NCBI GenBank assembly: GCA_902788735.1
Contig: CADALJ010000002.1
Location: 1 to 60,081 of the forward strand
Source: an uncultured Erysipelotrichaceae bacterium
Lineage (GTDB): Bacteria; Bacillota_I; Bacilli_A; RF39; UBA660
Length of the DNA: 60,081 nt
Direction of reading: 5' to 3'
In this document: positions 27,315 through 36,113 of the stretch, one piece after another
How positions within the stretch are numbered: position 1 is the first letter of the stretch
Layout of the letters: the number at the start of each line of letters is the position of its first letter
The notes under the pieces: generated by a model
Told to the model about the DNA's origin: nothing
What the model saw: only the letters and a program-made list of their open reading frames with translations
Database searches by the model: none
Made by a program: the position numbers and the translations under genes

Positions 27315-27968
27315 ATGAAGAAAAGAAATGTTATTATTTTAATACTTATTATTATCATCATTATTATTACTATTTCTCTTTTTATAGTTTATTTTGATAA
27401 AACAATAGATTACTTTAAAACAAAGTTTAATGATAATGAAGTTATAGATATAAATAAAGATAATACTACAAAAATTGATTCAAAAGATAATATAAAAAAT
27501 AATAATCCAGAAACTAGTAAAATCGATTCTGATTCTAATAATGACAACAGTAGTAATACTAATAATAGTAACAATGGTAACAATAATAATCAATCATTTA
27601 ATAATAATGATTCATCTACTCCTTCTAATGATTCTCCTCTGCCTACTCCAGAACCTACTATTACTTATTATTGCCCTGATGGATATGTATTAAATAATAC
27701 AACATGTACAAGTACTATTGCAGCAAATTATGTTTGTCCTTCAAATACTACTGAATATACAACTAAATACTGTGTAAATTTATCAGATGGTTATGAATCT
27801 GAAGATGGTAATTGTCCTGAAAATTATGGTTCTATTGATATTATTGGTTTGGGTACACCAACAATTCATAAATGTCTTACTTTATATGAAAAAACATATA
27901 CATGCGATGATGGATATGTTTTAGATGGTACTAATTGTATTAAAACAATTAATGCTCAAGTTAGATGA
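27315..27968 (+). CDS. Membrane-anchored N/S-rich protein with a Cys-rich repeat C-terminus
   Basis: TM helix IILILIIIIIIITISLFIVYF, a low-complexity N/S linker, and two C..DGYVL....C modules (10 Cys). GGAG RBS 6 nt upstream of the ATG at 27315. Confidence 0.55.
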   Translation: MKKRNVIILILIIIIIIITISLFIVYFDKTIDYFKTKFNDNEVIDINKDNTTKIDSKDNIKNNNPETSKIDSDSNNDNSSNTNNSNNGNNNNQSFNNNDSSTPSNDSPLPTPEPTITYYCPDGYVLNNTTCTSTIAANYVCPSNTTEYTTKYCVNLSDGYESEDGNCPENYGSIDIIGLGTPTIHKCLTLYEKTYTCDDGYVLDGTNCIKTINAQVR

Positions 27969-28700
27969 TTAATACTTTACATCTACTAAATATAAGCCTT
28001 CTGCTGGAGCAGTTTTACCTGATTTAGTTCTATCTTTACTTTGTAATATTTTATCCACAGTTTCTGGGGATAATTTTTTTTCGCCAACTCTTATAAGGAT
28101 ACCTACCATATTTCTTACTTGATAACGTAGGAATCCATCTCCTGTGAATGTAAATATTATCTTATTGTCTTCTTCTTTTATATCTGCTTTTGTTATTGTT
28201 CTTACACAATTTTCTTTTTCCTTATTGTCAGTAACAAAAGCTCTAAAGTCATGTTTTCCTAAGAAGTATTTTATAGCTTCTTTCATACTTTTAACATCTA
28301 ACTTATAGTTATATTGAAACACATAATTTCTTTCTAATGGGTTATATTCTCCCATATTTAAAATATATTTATAAGTTTTTTCTTTGACGTTATATCTTGC
28401 ATGAAAATTATCATCTACAATACTTGTTTCTATTACGTGAATATCTTCTGGTAGATTAGAATTTAATGCTTTCTTTAATTTCTTTTCAGTTATATTAACA
28501 TCAATATCTGCATGCCCATATTGAGATAAAGCATGAACTTTTTTATCAGTTCTACCTGTAGCAGTAATACTTGTCTTTTTACCATTATTAATTTTAGTTA
28601 ATGCGTCATTCATTCTCTTCTCAATAGTATCTAATCCTTTTTGAGCTTGAAATCCAGAGTAATTAGTTCCGTCATAGCTAAACTTTATTAAAAATCTCAT
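27969..28700 (-). CDS. truA: tRNA pseudouridine(38-40) synthase
   Basis: FSYDGTNYSGFQAQ and TGRTDKKVHA (catalytic Asp). Confidence 0.93.
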   Translation of the reverse strand: MRFLIKFSYDGTNYSGFQAQKGLDTIEKRMNDALTKINNGKKTSITATGRTDKKVHALSQYGHADIDVNITEKKLKKALNSNLPEDIHVIETSIVDDNFHARYNVKEKTYKYILNMGEYNPLERNYVFQYNYKLDVKSMKEAIKYFLGKHDFRAFVTDNKEKENCVRTITKADIKEEDNKIIFTFTGDGFLRYQVRNMVGILIRVGEKKLSPETVDKILQSKDRTKSGKTAPAEGLYLVDVKY

Positions 28701-28708
28701 ATTACCTC

Positions 28709-29398
28709 CTATACATGTTTATATATATCTTTTAGAATATCTCTTACATCTTTATGATACTCTAGTTTAATTTTCTTTTTCTTCTTAATAAGATGAGTTA
28801 ATTCTATTATTTCAGGTACTTTTATATTATTTTTATGTAGAAAATCTACTCTTTGAAATAATTTATTAGTTTCATCTTCAATAAATAGATTATTCTTTTT
28901 AATAATTAAGTATTTAGTATATTTATACATTATTTCACTATCATCATTAATAAGGACAATAGTCTTATTATATTGGTCTTTTATTTTTTCAAGTAACATA
29001 ATTAAAACTTTTTCTTTTGTTTTGTCTAGATACTTGAAAAGGTTTATTAATACTATAATATCTGGATTAGATAATAGAGATATAGCTAATATTATTAATA
29101 TCTTTTCACTAGATGATAGACTATTAATATTTCTATTTAGATATGTAGTATCAAGTCCTACTATTTTTAGAGAATCATTTATTTTCTTTTTAGGATTTTT
29201 TAGAATTAGTCTTTTTCTTCTTATTTCATAATACATCCATTCATATACTTTATTTAAGAAATTTGAAGATAAATAATCTTCTTTTACTACTCCTACTTTT
29301 AATATATTGTTTTTCTTTATATTATCTATTATTAATTCTTCAGTATCAGTAATAATACCAGTAATAGATTTCTCTTTTATATTAATATCTATTTCCAT
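28709..29398 (-). CDS. Degenerate EcfA-like ABC ATPase homolog (no Walker A)
   Basis: Signature-like LSSSEK, remnant Walker B IIVLIN, EcfA-type C-terminus (NIKVPEIIELTHLI). The P-loop position reads ITGIITDTEE. Confidence 0.5.
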   Translation of the reverse strand: MEIDINIKEKSITGIITDTEELIIDNIKKNNILKVGVVKEDYLSSNFLNKVYEWMYYEIRRKRLILKNPKKKINDSLKIVGLDTTYLNRNINSLSSSEKILIILAISLLSNPDIIVLINLFKYLDKTKEKVLIMLLEKIKDQYNKTIVLINDDSEIMYKYTKYLIIKKNNLFIEDETNKLFQRVDFLHKNNIKVPEIIELTHLIKKKKKIKLEYHKDVRDILKDIYKHV

Positions 29399-30135
29399 AG
29401 GATATCCACCATCCTATCTTTTTCTAATATAATAGAGTCTAATAAATCATAGTCTTTTAATTTTACTGATAAATCAGCCATAAATGGTATATTTAAACCA
29501 ACTTTATTTAATATATTATCTTTTTCTAATACTTTTAAAGGAACTCCCTTTAGAATTACTTTCTTATTACCAATAATATATAAATAATCAGTATATAAAC
29601 TATCTCTTAGATCTATAGTAGTTAATACTACTGTGAGATTATATTTTTTTTGAAAGTTACGAAGAAAAGTAAATATTTCTTCACGCTCTTTATCATTAAA
29701 ATAAATAAATACATTATCAAGTAATAATACTTGGGGTTTATTATCTAGTGCAATAGCAAGTTGCGCTAATACTTTTTCTTTTATTGTTAAATCTTTTATA
29801 TTTTTATTAAGAATAGATTTTATTCTTAATCCTTTTACTAAGTCTATATTATTAAGTTCTTTTTCTAAAGTATTTTCATTAAATACTATTTCATTAGGGA
29901 TTACTGTTTGAACTAAATTAGTATATTCTGAGATAGTATAATCATTTATATTTATATTATTTAATAATATATCGTTTTCAGTGATGATTTCTCTATTTAG
30001 AATTCTCATTAATGTAGTCTTACCACAAGAATTAGCACCTGAAATGGTGGTAATCTTATTTTTTTCTATATTAATACTTAGATTTTCAAATAGTTTATCA
30101 TCACTAAAATTATTTATTTCAATAATTTTAGTCAT
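29389..30135 (-). CDS. EcfA-like ABC ATPase with substituted catalytic residues
   Basis: Walker A is GANSCGKTT. The signature reads LTIKEK, Walker B reads VLLLDN (Glu replaced by Asn), and the H-loop position reads TTIDL. C-terminus GLNIPFMADLSVKL. Confidence 0.65.
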   Translation of the reverse strand: MTKIIEINNFSDDKLFENLSINIEKNKITTISGANSCGKTTLMRILNREIITENDILLNNININDYTISEYTNLVQTVIPNEIVFNENTLEKELNNIDLVKGLRIKSILNKNIKDLTIKEKVLAQLAIALDNKPQVLLLDNVFIYFNDKEREEIFTFLRNFQKKYNLTVVLTTIDLRDSLYTDYLYIIGNKKVILKGVPLKVLEKDNILNKVGLNIPFMADLSVKLKDYDLLDSIILEKDRMVDILWK

Positions 30136-30165
30136 AACCTTACCCTCCTAAAATAAAAGCCAATA

Positions 30166-30933
30166 TTAATTGGCTTTTTTCTTTTGTATATTATATGCAA
30201 TTCTTAATAGGAATTTGTTACTTACAAATCTACTAAAGAAATTAGCTAATTTCATTTTTGTTCCTGGAATTATTAACATCTTCTCTTCCAACATTTTATC
30301 TATAGCATATTTAGCTACATAAGTACTTTTTAATGGTTTAGTAGAAAAGTGTACTCCAGCTACATTATTAAAGTTTGTATCTACTGGTCCTGGACATAAT
30401 ACTGAAACATGTACTTTTGTCTTTTTCTTTTTTTCTTCATAGTATAAGCTTTCTGTTAGACTTCTTACATATGATTTAGTAGCATAATATGTACTCATTA
30501 GTGGTCCTCCTGGCATTAATCCAGCAGATGAAGCTACATTTAATATATAGGTATCAGTATCTTTCTTTTCCATATCTTTTACTACTGATTTAGTTAAGAT
30601 ATGTACTGCTTTTATATTAGTATCTATCATTTCTAAGTCTTTATTTATATCAGTATCTGGTAAATATCCAAAATCACCAAATCCAGCATTATTTATAAGA
30701 ATATCTATGTTTTCCTGTTTAGCAATTACATATAATTCTTTTACTTTTTGTTCATTTGAAAGGTCAGCAACTACAATGGTTACTTTTGTAGGTAGTAACT
30801 CCTGGATTTTTTCTAATTTAGCTCTATCTCTAGCTACTAAAATAAGTTCATATTTCTTTATTGCAAGGTATCTTGCCATATCAAGTCCTATACCTGATGT
30901 AGCTCCTGTGATAAGTGCTTTCAAGATAATCAC
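30166..30933 (-). CDS. Short-chain dehydrogenase/reductase
   Basis: ITGATSGIG cofactor motif and catalytic YYATKSY (YxxxK). GTG start. Confidence 0.85.
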   Translation of the reverse strand: MIILKALITGATSGIGLDMARYLAIKKYELILVARDRAKLEKIQELLPTKVTIVVADLSNEQKVKELYVIAKQENIDILINNAGFGDFGYLPDTDINKDLEMIDTNIKAVHILTKSVVKDMEKKDTDTYILNVASSAGLMPGGPLMSTYYATKSYVRSLTESLYYEEKKKKTKVHVSVLCPGPVDTNFNNVAGVHFSTKPLKSTYVAKYAIDKMLEEKMLIIPGTKMKLANFFSRFVSNKFLLRIAYNIQKKKAN

Positions 30934-30947
30934 CCACTTTCATCTCA

Positions 30948-30983
30948 ATTATAACATAAAAAAACAAGTTGTTAAACTTGTTT
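30948..30983 (-). promoter_or_regulatory. Terminator-promoter cassette, copy 3
   Basis: Hairpin AAACAAGTT-gtta-AACTTGTTT (30962..30983) contains the stop of the upstream paralog. It is followed by TGTTATAAT (30948..30956). Confidence 0.5.
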
Positions 30984-32426
30984 TTGTTTTACCTTTTGTA
31001 TTGAATTTTCTAAAGGAGCTATTTCAGATTTATTCATTCCAAGAAGTTTTTCTAAATCAATAAAGTCTATTGTATTATATCTTGTATTTTCTATTATATT
31101 TAATACATCTTCTGTAGCTAGATTTTCAATTGCATATGTCGCATAATATGTTCCTATTAAGTATTCTAATCTACTTTCATCCTGATCTATTCTATTTAAT
31201 GATTTTATACTATTTCTAAATAATGCTGCTTCAAAAATTGGTTTTCTTCTTCTTGGTGAAGTAGTCTCTATTTGCTTTTTATAATTTATTTTCCAATAGT
31301 CTTCAACATATTTTCTTACTTCTTCTATATGATATTCTCCATCATTATTTATATTACATCTAAGAGCATATAGACTAGGTTTAAGATTTATTGACTTTTT
31401 TCTATTGTCTTTAATTCTTATTCTTTTTATTGCTTCTATATCTTCCTTTGAATATACTTTAGATAAATATTCTATTGCCTTTAATTCAAAGTATATAGAT
31501 GGAAATTCATTAAATAATATACTTTTTCTTTTTACTCTTGGATCTTCTTTTCTAGCAAAGTGATGTCCTAATTCATGGACTAAATCTACTACGTCTAGTA
31601 GATTACCATTCATATATAAATCTATATTTCCAAAGACAAAGTTATAAAATTGATCTCTATGTTCAGTATATTTAGAAGAGTTATCTTTTTCATTATAAAT
31701 TTTTTCAATAGCATTATTATTTTTTAATTCAAGATATTCTTCTACTAATTTATTTGTAGGATCTATATAATTAAGAGTTCCTATTACTAATTCATCTAAT
31801 TTTTTCTCATCTATTTCTGGTATTGGTATTTGTTTATAATCTAATGAATTAGATTGATTATATGCATAGTTAACTATTTCCTCTATTTTGTCTATATTGT
31901 TTGTTATTATTGGATATAAACGTGATTCTTTAGCATCTTTTATTTTTTCAATAAGTAACTCATCATAGTTATTCTTTAATTTATTGGATATTAAGGCTGT
32001 TATATCTGATGTATCAGTTTTACCTTCATAATAATATTTTTTTAAATAACTAAAATCACCTGTCATTTGTAGGTAATCATATGCAAGGTCATGATATGTA
32101 TATTTTATATCTTCTGGTGTTATTTCATCATATGAATATGTCATAATACTATAATAAATTCCTTGCATTGATGGTTTAAAACCACAGAATAAAGTACATT
32201 TAGCATTTCCTGTTTCTAGTATATATCTAATTATATTTCCCCTACTTATTTCATCGTTTGTTATTGGTAATGGTATACGACTAGCATGGATAGTATTTCT
32301 TCCATTTAGTATACCTTTAAAATATTCAGGTTCTTTATTAAATAATTCCATATAGTATTCAGCTGTTTTTCTTCCTATTTCTGAATCATATTCTATTGTG
32401 ACAAAGTCATTTGAAATACTATTCAT
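30972..32426 (-). CDS. PepF/M3-like gluzincin metallopeptidase, paralog 1
   Basis: VHELGHHF followed by NEFPSIYFELK (HExxH..E..S...E). Shares the N-terminus SISNDFVTIEY and YIDPTNKLVEEY with the two neighbours. Confidence 0.6.
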   Translation of the reverse strand: MNSISNDFVTIEYDSEIGRKTAEYYMELFNKEPEYFKGILNGRNTIHASRIPLPITNDEISRGNIIRYILETGNAKCTLFCGFKPSMQGIYYSIMTYSYDEITPEDIKYTYHDLAYDYLQMTGDFSYLKKYYYEGKTDTSDITALISNKLKNNYDELLIEKIKDAKESRLYPIITNNIDKIEEIVNYAYNQSNSLDYKQIPIPEIDEKKLDELVIGTLNYIDPTNKLVEEYLELKNNNAIEKIYNEKDNSSKYTEHRDQFYNFVFGNIDLYMNGNLLDVVDLVHELGHHFARKEDPRVKRKSILFNEFPSIYFELKAIEYLSKVYSKEDIEAIKRIRIKDNRKKSINLKPSLYALRCNINNDGEYHIEEVRKYVEDYWKINYKKQIETTSPRRRKPIFEAALFRNSIKSLNRIDQDESRLEYLIGTYYATYAIENLATEDVLNIIENTRYNTIDFIDLEKLLGMNKSEIAPLENSIQKVKQKQV

Positions 32427-32455
32427 ACTAACCCCCCTCTTTTTTAATGTTCTAT

Positions 32456-32489
32456 ATTATAGCATTAAGAAACAAGTTTTTCAACTTGT
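32456..32489 (-). promoter_or_regulatory. Terminator-promoter cassette, copy 2
   Basis: Hairpin ACAAGTT-tttc-AACTTGT has TTGAAA in its loop, then a 17-nt spacer and TGCTATAAT. Confidence 0.5.
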
Positions 32490-32493
32490 CTCT

Positions 32494-33972
32494 TTATTCT
32501 TCTGTTTTTACTTTTTGGTAATTAGAACTATATATGTTATTATTCATTAACATAATTGATACTTCTTCTAGACTAGTTTTATTATTCTTAATATGTTCTA
32601 GTACTGGTAATACATTTTCATTCTTAACATAGCCAATTGAAAAAGTAGCTAAGTAAGTTCCAATTAGATATTTAATATGTTTCATTATATCTCCTGAAGG
32701 TTCAAGAAATATATATGAAACCTCTACTTTTAATTGTTTTTTTAATTCTTCTATATTAGCATCTTTGTTATCTATTATTATATCTTTTAAGGTTTCTTCT
32801 ACAACATAATCAATATGATTAGTAACTTCTTTTATTGCGGTATCTTCGTCTTTATTATTAACCATGCTTAAGTATTTTAGGGAAGGTAATACTTTACGAA
32901 TAATATCATTATTATTTACTGTTCTGAAGTTTTGTGCACTAATAACTTCTTCTTTTGAGTATCCTTGTTTTATTAAGTATTGCATAGTTTTCATTTCATA
33001 ATATATAGATGGATATTCTGAAAGTATTCTATTATTTTCACAAATGTCATAATCTTTTTCATCATAGTTATAATGAGCAAATTCATGAACAAAGACTATT
33101 ACATCAGCTATATTATTAAGTGTATATAATTTTATAACACCATTAAGTGCATCATATTTACTTTCATCATATATTTCATTAGTTATAGGTTTTTTCATTA
33201 TTTTATCATCTAGTTTTAATTCTATATATTTTTCTACTAGTTTATTTGTAGGGTCAATATAGTTTAAAGCTCCCATTACTAATTCATCAAATTCTTTAGC
33301 ATTTATTTTTGAAATTTCTGTACAATTATTGTTTTTTTCTTTTTCCATCCTATCTAATTCATTATTTGTCCATTCAGATATTATGGGCATTATTGATAGT
33401 ATGTAATCCATATTAGTTTGTAGTAACTTATATGTTTCACTATCAAATGAGTATTTATCCTCATGCATTTTTGTTTTTAATAGTTTTGGAAAACAATTTA
33501 GGATTTTATTATCACATAGATATTCTAAATCCTTTTCATCTAATCCTTCATATAGATATTTCTTTATATATTTAAAATCTCCTGTCATATAAAAGTAATC
33601 ATGAGCCAAATCAAAACACTCTATTTCGCTACTAAGGTCATTATCTTCTCTACTTGTTTTAACTCCTAAAACATCATAATATATACTTCTTTGTGATACT
33701 TGGTCTACTTCAAAATATGGATGCTTTGCACCTGTTAGTTTTAGTATTGAATTGATTATTGATAATCTATTTTTTTCAAAGTTTTTAAAAAGGTCATTTT
33801 CATCTATTTTAAATTTTCTTAATTCATGTCCTTTAATAGTATCTAATCCATTAAGTAATCCTTTAAAAAACTCAGGTTCAAAATTAATAATCATCATATA
33901 GTATTTAGCCATTTTTTCTTGACTTTCATTATTATATATGATGGTTAAAAAATCGTTTGATATAGTACCCAT
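32494..33972 (-). CDS. PepF/M3-like gluzincin metallopeptidase, paralog 2
   Basis: VHEFAHYN followed by SEYPSIYYEMK. Lies 1 nt downstream of paralog 3. Confidence 0.6.
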   Translation of the reverse strand: MGTISNDFLTIIYNNESQEKMAKYYMMIINFEPEFFKGLLNGLDTIKGHELRKFKIDENDLFKNFEKNRLSIINSILKLTGAKHPYFEVDQVSQRSIYYDVLGVKTSREDNDLSSEIECFDLAHDYFYMTGDFKYIKKYLYEGLDEKDLEYLCDNKILNCFPKLLKTKMHEDKYSFDSETYKLLQTNMDYILSIMPIISEWTNNELDRMEKEKNNNCTEISKINAKEFDELVMGALNYIDPTNKLVEKYIELKLDDKIMKKPITNEIYDESKYDALNGVIKLYTLNNIADVIVFVHEFAHYNYDEKDYDICENNRILSEYPSIYYEMKTMQYLIKQGYSKEEVISAQNFRTVNNNDIIRKVLPSLKYLSMVNNKDEDTAIKEVTNHIDYVVEETLKDIIIDNKDANIEELKKQLKVEVSYIFLEPSGDIMKHIKYLIGTYLATFSIGYVKNENVLPVLEHIKNNKTSLEEVSIMLMNNNIYSSNYQKVKTEE

Positions 33973-33973
33973 A

Positions 33974-35545
33974 TTATTTCCCTTCCTTTTTAGAATCTTT
34001 TATAGGTCTTTTCTTTGTTGTTTTCTTTTTTTCTTTTACTGCTTTCTTTTCTTCTTTTATTTGGTTAAATCCTAGTGGTTCTGGATTTAATCCAATGTTT
34101 TCTAGGATACTATAAACACTTCTTTTTTCTACCATAATATCTTTTAGAATTGATAATACATCTTCATGTTTATGTCTATTTATTGAGAATTCTGCTAGAT
34201 ATGTACCAACTAGGTATTTTATTGTCTCTGTGATATTTTTATTATCTATAAACAACTGATATATTTTTTCCTTTTTTATTCTATCAATTCTATTTTTTGT
34301 TTCTTCTTCGCTTAATTCTATTTTTTTAGAAAATTCAGAAACATCAATATCACGGTCCATTGTTTTTATATTATCAATTGCCTTATGAAGTCTACTTAAA
34401 TCAAAATTATCTCTTTCTCTATCTTTATTATCATATACTCCACTTAGTACTAAAAATATATATGAATTATTTCCTTCGTTATTTAATGTTCTATAACTTT
34501 TAATAACTTCCATTTCTTCTTTTGAATAACCTTTTCCTATTAGGAATTCAGCTGTTTTTAATTCAAAATATATAGATGGATATTCAATAAATAATGGATT
34601 TGGATAGTAGTTTTCTGTAGTCATTGAAAAATGATGATGATGTCCAAGTTCATGAACAAATGTTAATACATCTGCTAGATTACCATCTCTAGTTAATGTT
34701 ATTTTGAATGTTCTTGGATCAAATTGATTGATTTTAGGTTTATTAGGTTGAGTGTGTCTTATATCAATTAAATCTCTTTTCTTTAAATCAAAATACTCTT
34801 CTAAAAGTTTATTTGTTGGATCTATATATACTAAGGCTTCTTTTGTTAATCTATCACATTCATCATCATTTATTATTGTTGGTTTAAATGGGTTTAATAC
34901 ACTTGAACCAAGATGATCCAAAGATTCTTGAATCTTTAGTATATTGGTATTTATTATATTACGTACACTATTTGATATATTAGCTACACCCATAAGATTT
35001 TCGTATATTTCTGGATAATGTTGTAAGGCATATTTTTCTCTAGCTATCTTTTCTACTAATAAATCATCAATATGATTTTCAATATTATAATCAATTATGT
35101 CATATAGATCATCATAATTTATATTCATGTCAAAAAAGAATTTTTTTAAGTATGAAAAATCCTTTGTTTTTTCATAATAATCACGAGCTAGTTCATAACA
35201 TATTTTATTCTCATTCTCAGCTGTTATACTTCTAGAAATGATTGTAGTTATGTCATCATATAAATCACCACTATAAGGCTTATATGTATAGTCTGCGTGG
35301 ATATTATTTAAACTTAATATAGTTTTTTCAATTAATGGTATTATTGTTGTTTTACTTTCATCAGTTTTATCTAAAATACAGAATAATGGGTTTAACTTCT
35401 TGGCATGAATAACTTCTATACCATTTAATAAACCTTTATAGTATTCTTTATCTAAATTGATGTATTTCATAAAACAATTGGCTGTGGCTTTTTCATATAT
35501 ATTTTTATATTCTATGGTTACAAATTCGTTAGATATACTACTCAT
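33974..35545 (-). CDS. PepF/M3-like gluzincin metallopeptidase, paralog 3
   Basis: VHELGHHHHF followed by IEYPSIYFELK. Has a K-rich C-terminal tail. Confidence 0.6.
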   Translation of the reverse strand: MSSISNEFVTIEYKNIYEKATANCFMKYINLDKEYYKGLLNGIEVIHAKKLNPLFCILDKTDESKTTIIPLIEKTILSLNNIHADYTYKPYSGDLYDDITTIISRSITAENENKICYELARDYYEKTKDFSYLKKFFFDMNINYDDLYDIIDYNIENHIDDLLVEKIAREKYALQHYPEIYENLMGVANISNSVRNIINTNILKIQESLDHLGSSVLNPFKPTIINDDECDRLTKEALVYIDPTNKLLEEYFDLKKRDLIDIRHTQPNKPKINQFDPRTFKITLTRDGNLADVLTFVHELGHHHHFSMTTENYYPNPLFIEYPSIYFELKTAEFLIGKGYSKEEMEVIKSYRTLNNEGNNSYIFLVLSGVYDNKDRERDNFDLSRLHKAIDNIKTMDRDIDVSEFSKKIELSEEETKNRIDRIKKEKIYQLFIDNKNITETIKYLVGTYLAEFSINRHKHEDVLSILKDIMVEKRSVYSILENIGLNPEPLGFNQIKEEKKAVKEKKKTTKKRPIKDSKKEGK

Positions 35546-35573
35546 ACCAATCCCCCCTTTTTTAATGTCCTAT

Positions 35574-35609
35574 ATTATAACATAAAAAAACAAGTTTTTC
35601 AACTTGTTT
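35574..35609 (-). promoter_or_regulatory. rplQ terminator fused to a promoter (cassette copy 1)
   Basis: Hairpin AAACAAGTT-tttc-AACTTGTTT followed by a T-run. The -35 TTGAAA sits in the loop, then a 17-nt spacer and TGTTATAAT. Confidence 0.55.
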
Positions 35610-35631
35610 AATTATTACTTGTCAGCCTCAA

Positions 35632-36093
35632 TTACTTTGTTGTTTTCTTAGTTGTCTTCTTAGCTGGTTTCTTTTCTTCCTTTTTATCTTCTTTTACTTC
35701 TTTTTTAGTTTCTTTTTTAGCTGTTTCTTTCTTTTCTTCTTTTTTTGCTTCTTCTACTAATCTTAAGATTACCATTAAAGCGTTATCTCCACGTCTTTCA
35801 TCTAATTTTAAGATTTGAGTATATCCACCATTACGATTTTCATAACGTTTAGCTAAATCATTAAATACTTTATTTACTGTTTCAACATCGTTATGTAAGA
35901 ATGCTAAAGCTTTACGACGTGAGTTTAAATCACCTTTTTTACCGTAAGTAATTAATTTATCAACTGTTTTTCTTACTTCTTTAGCTCTAGTTTCAGTTGT
36001 AGTGATAGATTCATTATTAACTACTTGTTTAGTTAAAGTAGCTAACATACTTCTTCTATGTTTATTATCTACACCTAATTTTCTGTATGCCAT
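35632..36093 (-). CDS. rplQ: 50S ribosomal protein L17 with a K/E-rich C-terminal extension
   Basis: [30 protein letters not shown]. Confidence 0.95.
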   Translation of the reverse strand: MAYRKLGVDNKHRRSMLATLTKQVVNNESITTTETRAKEVRKTVDKLITYGKKGDLNSRRKALAFLHNDVETVNKVFNDLAKRYENRNGGYTQILKLDERRGDNALMVILRLVEEAKKEEKKETAKKETKKEVKEDKKEEKKPAKKTTKKTTK

Positions 36094-36113
36094 ACTTCTT
36101 CCTCCTTATCTAA

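Noticed and set aside
30707-31063. 118-aa plus-strand ORF spanning the SDR and paralog 1 junction
   Set aside because: Antisense to two well-supported genes and crossing their intergenic terminator.
35632-35760. Repetitive A/G-rich DNA at the 3-prime end of rplQ
   Set aside because: It encodes the K/E-rich tail of L17. It is low-complexity coding sequence, not a mobile or regulatory repeat.
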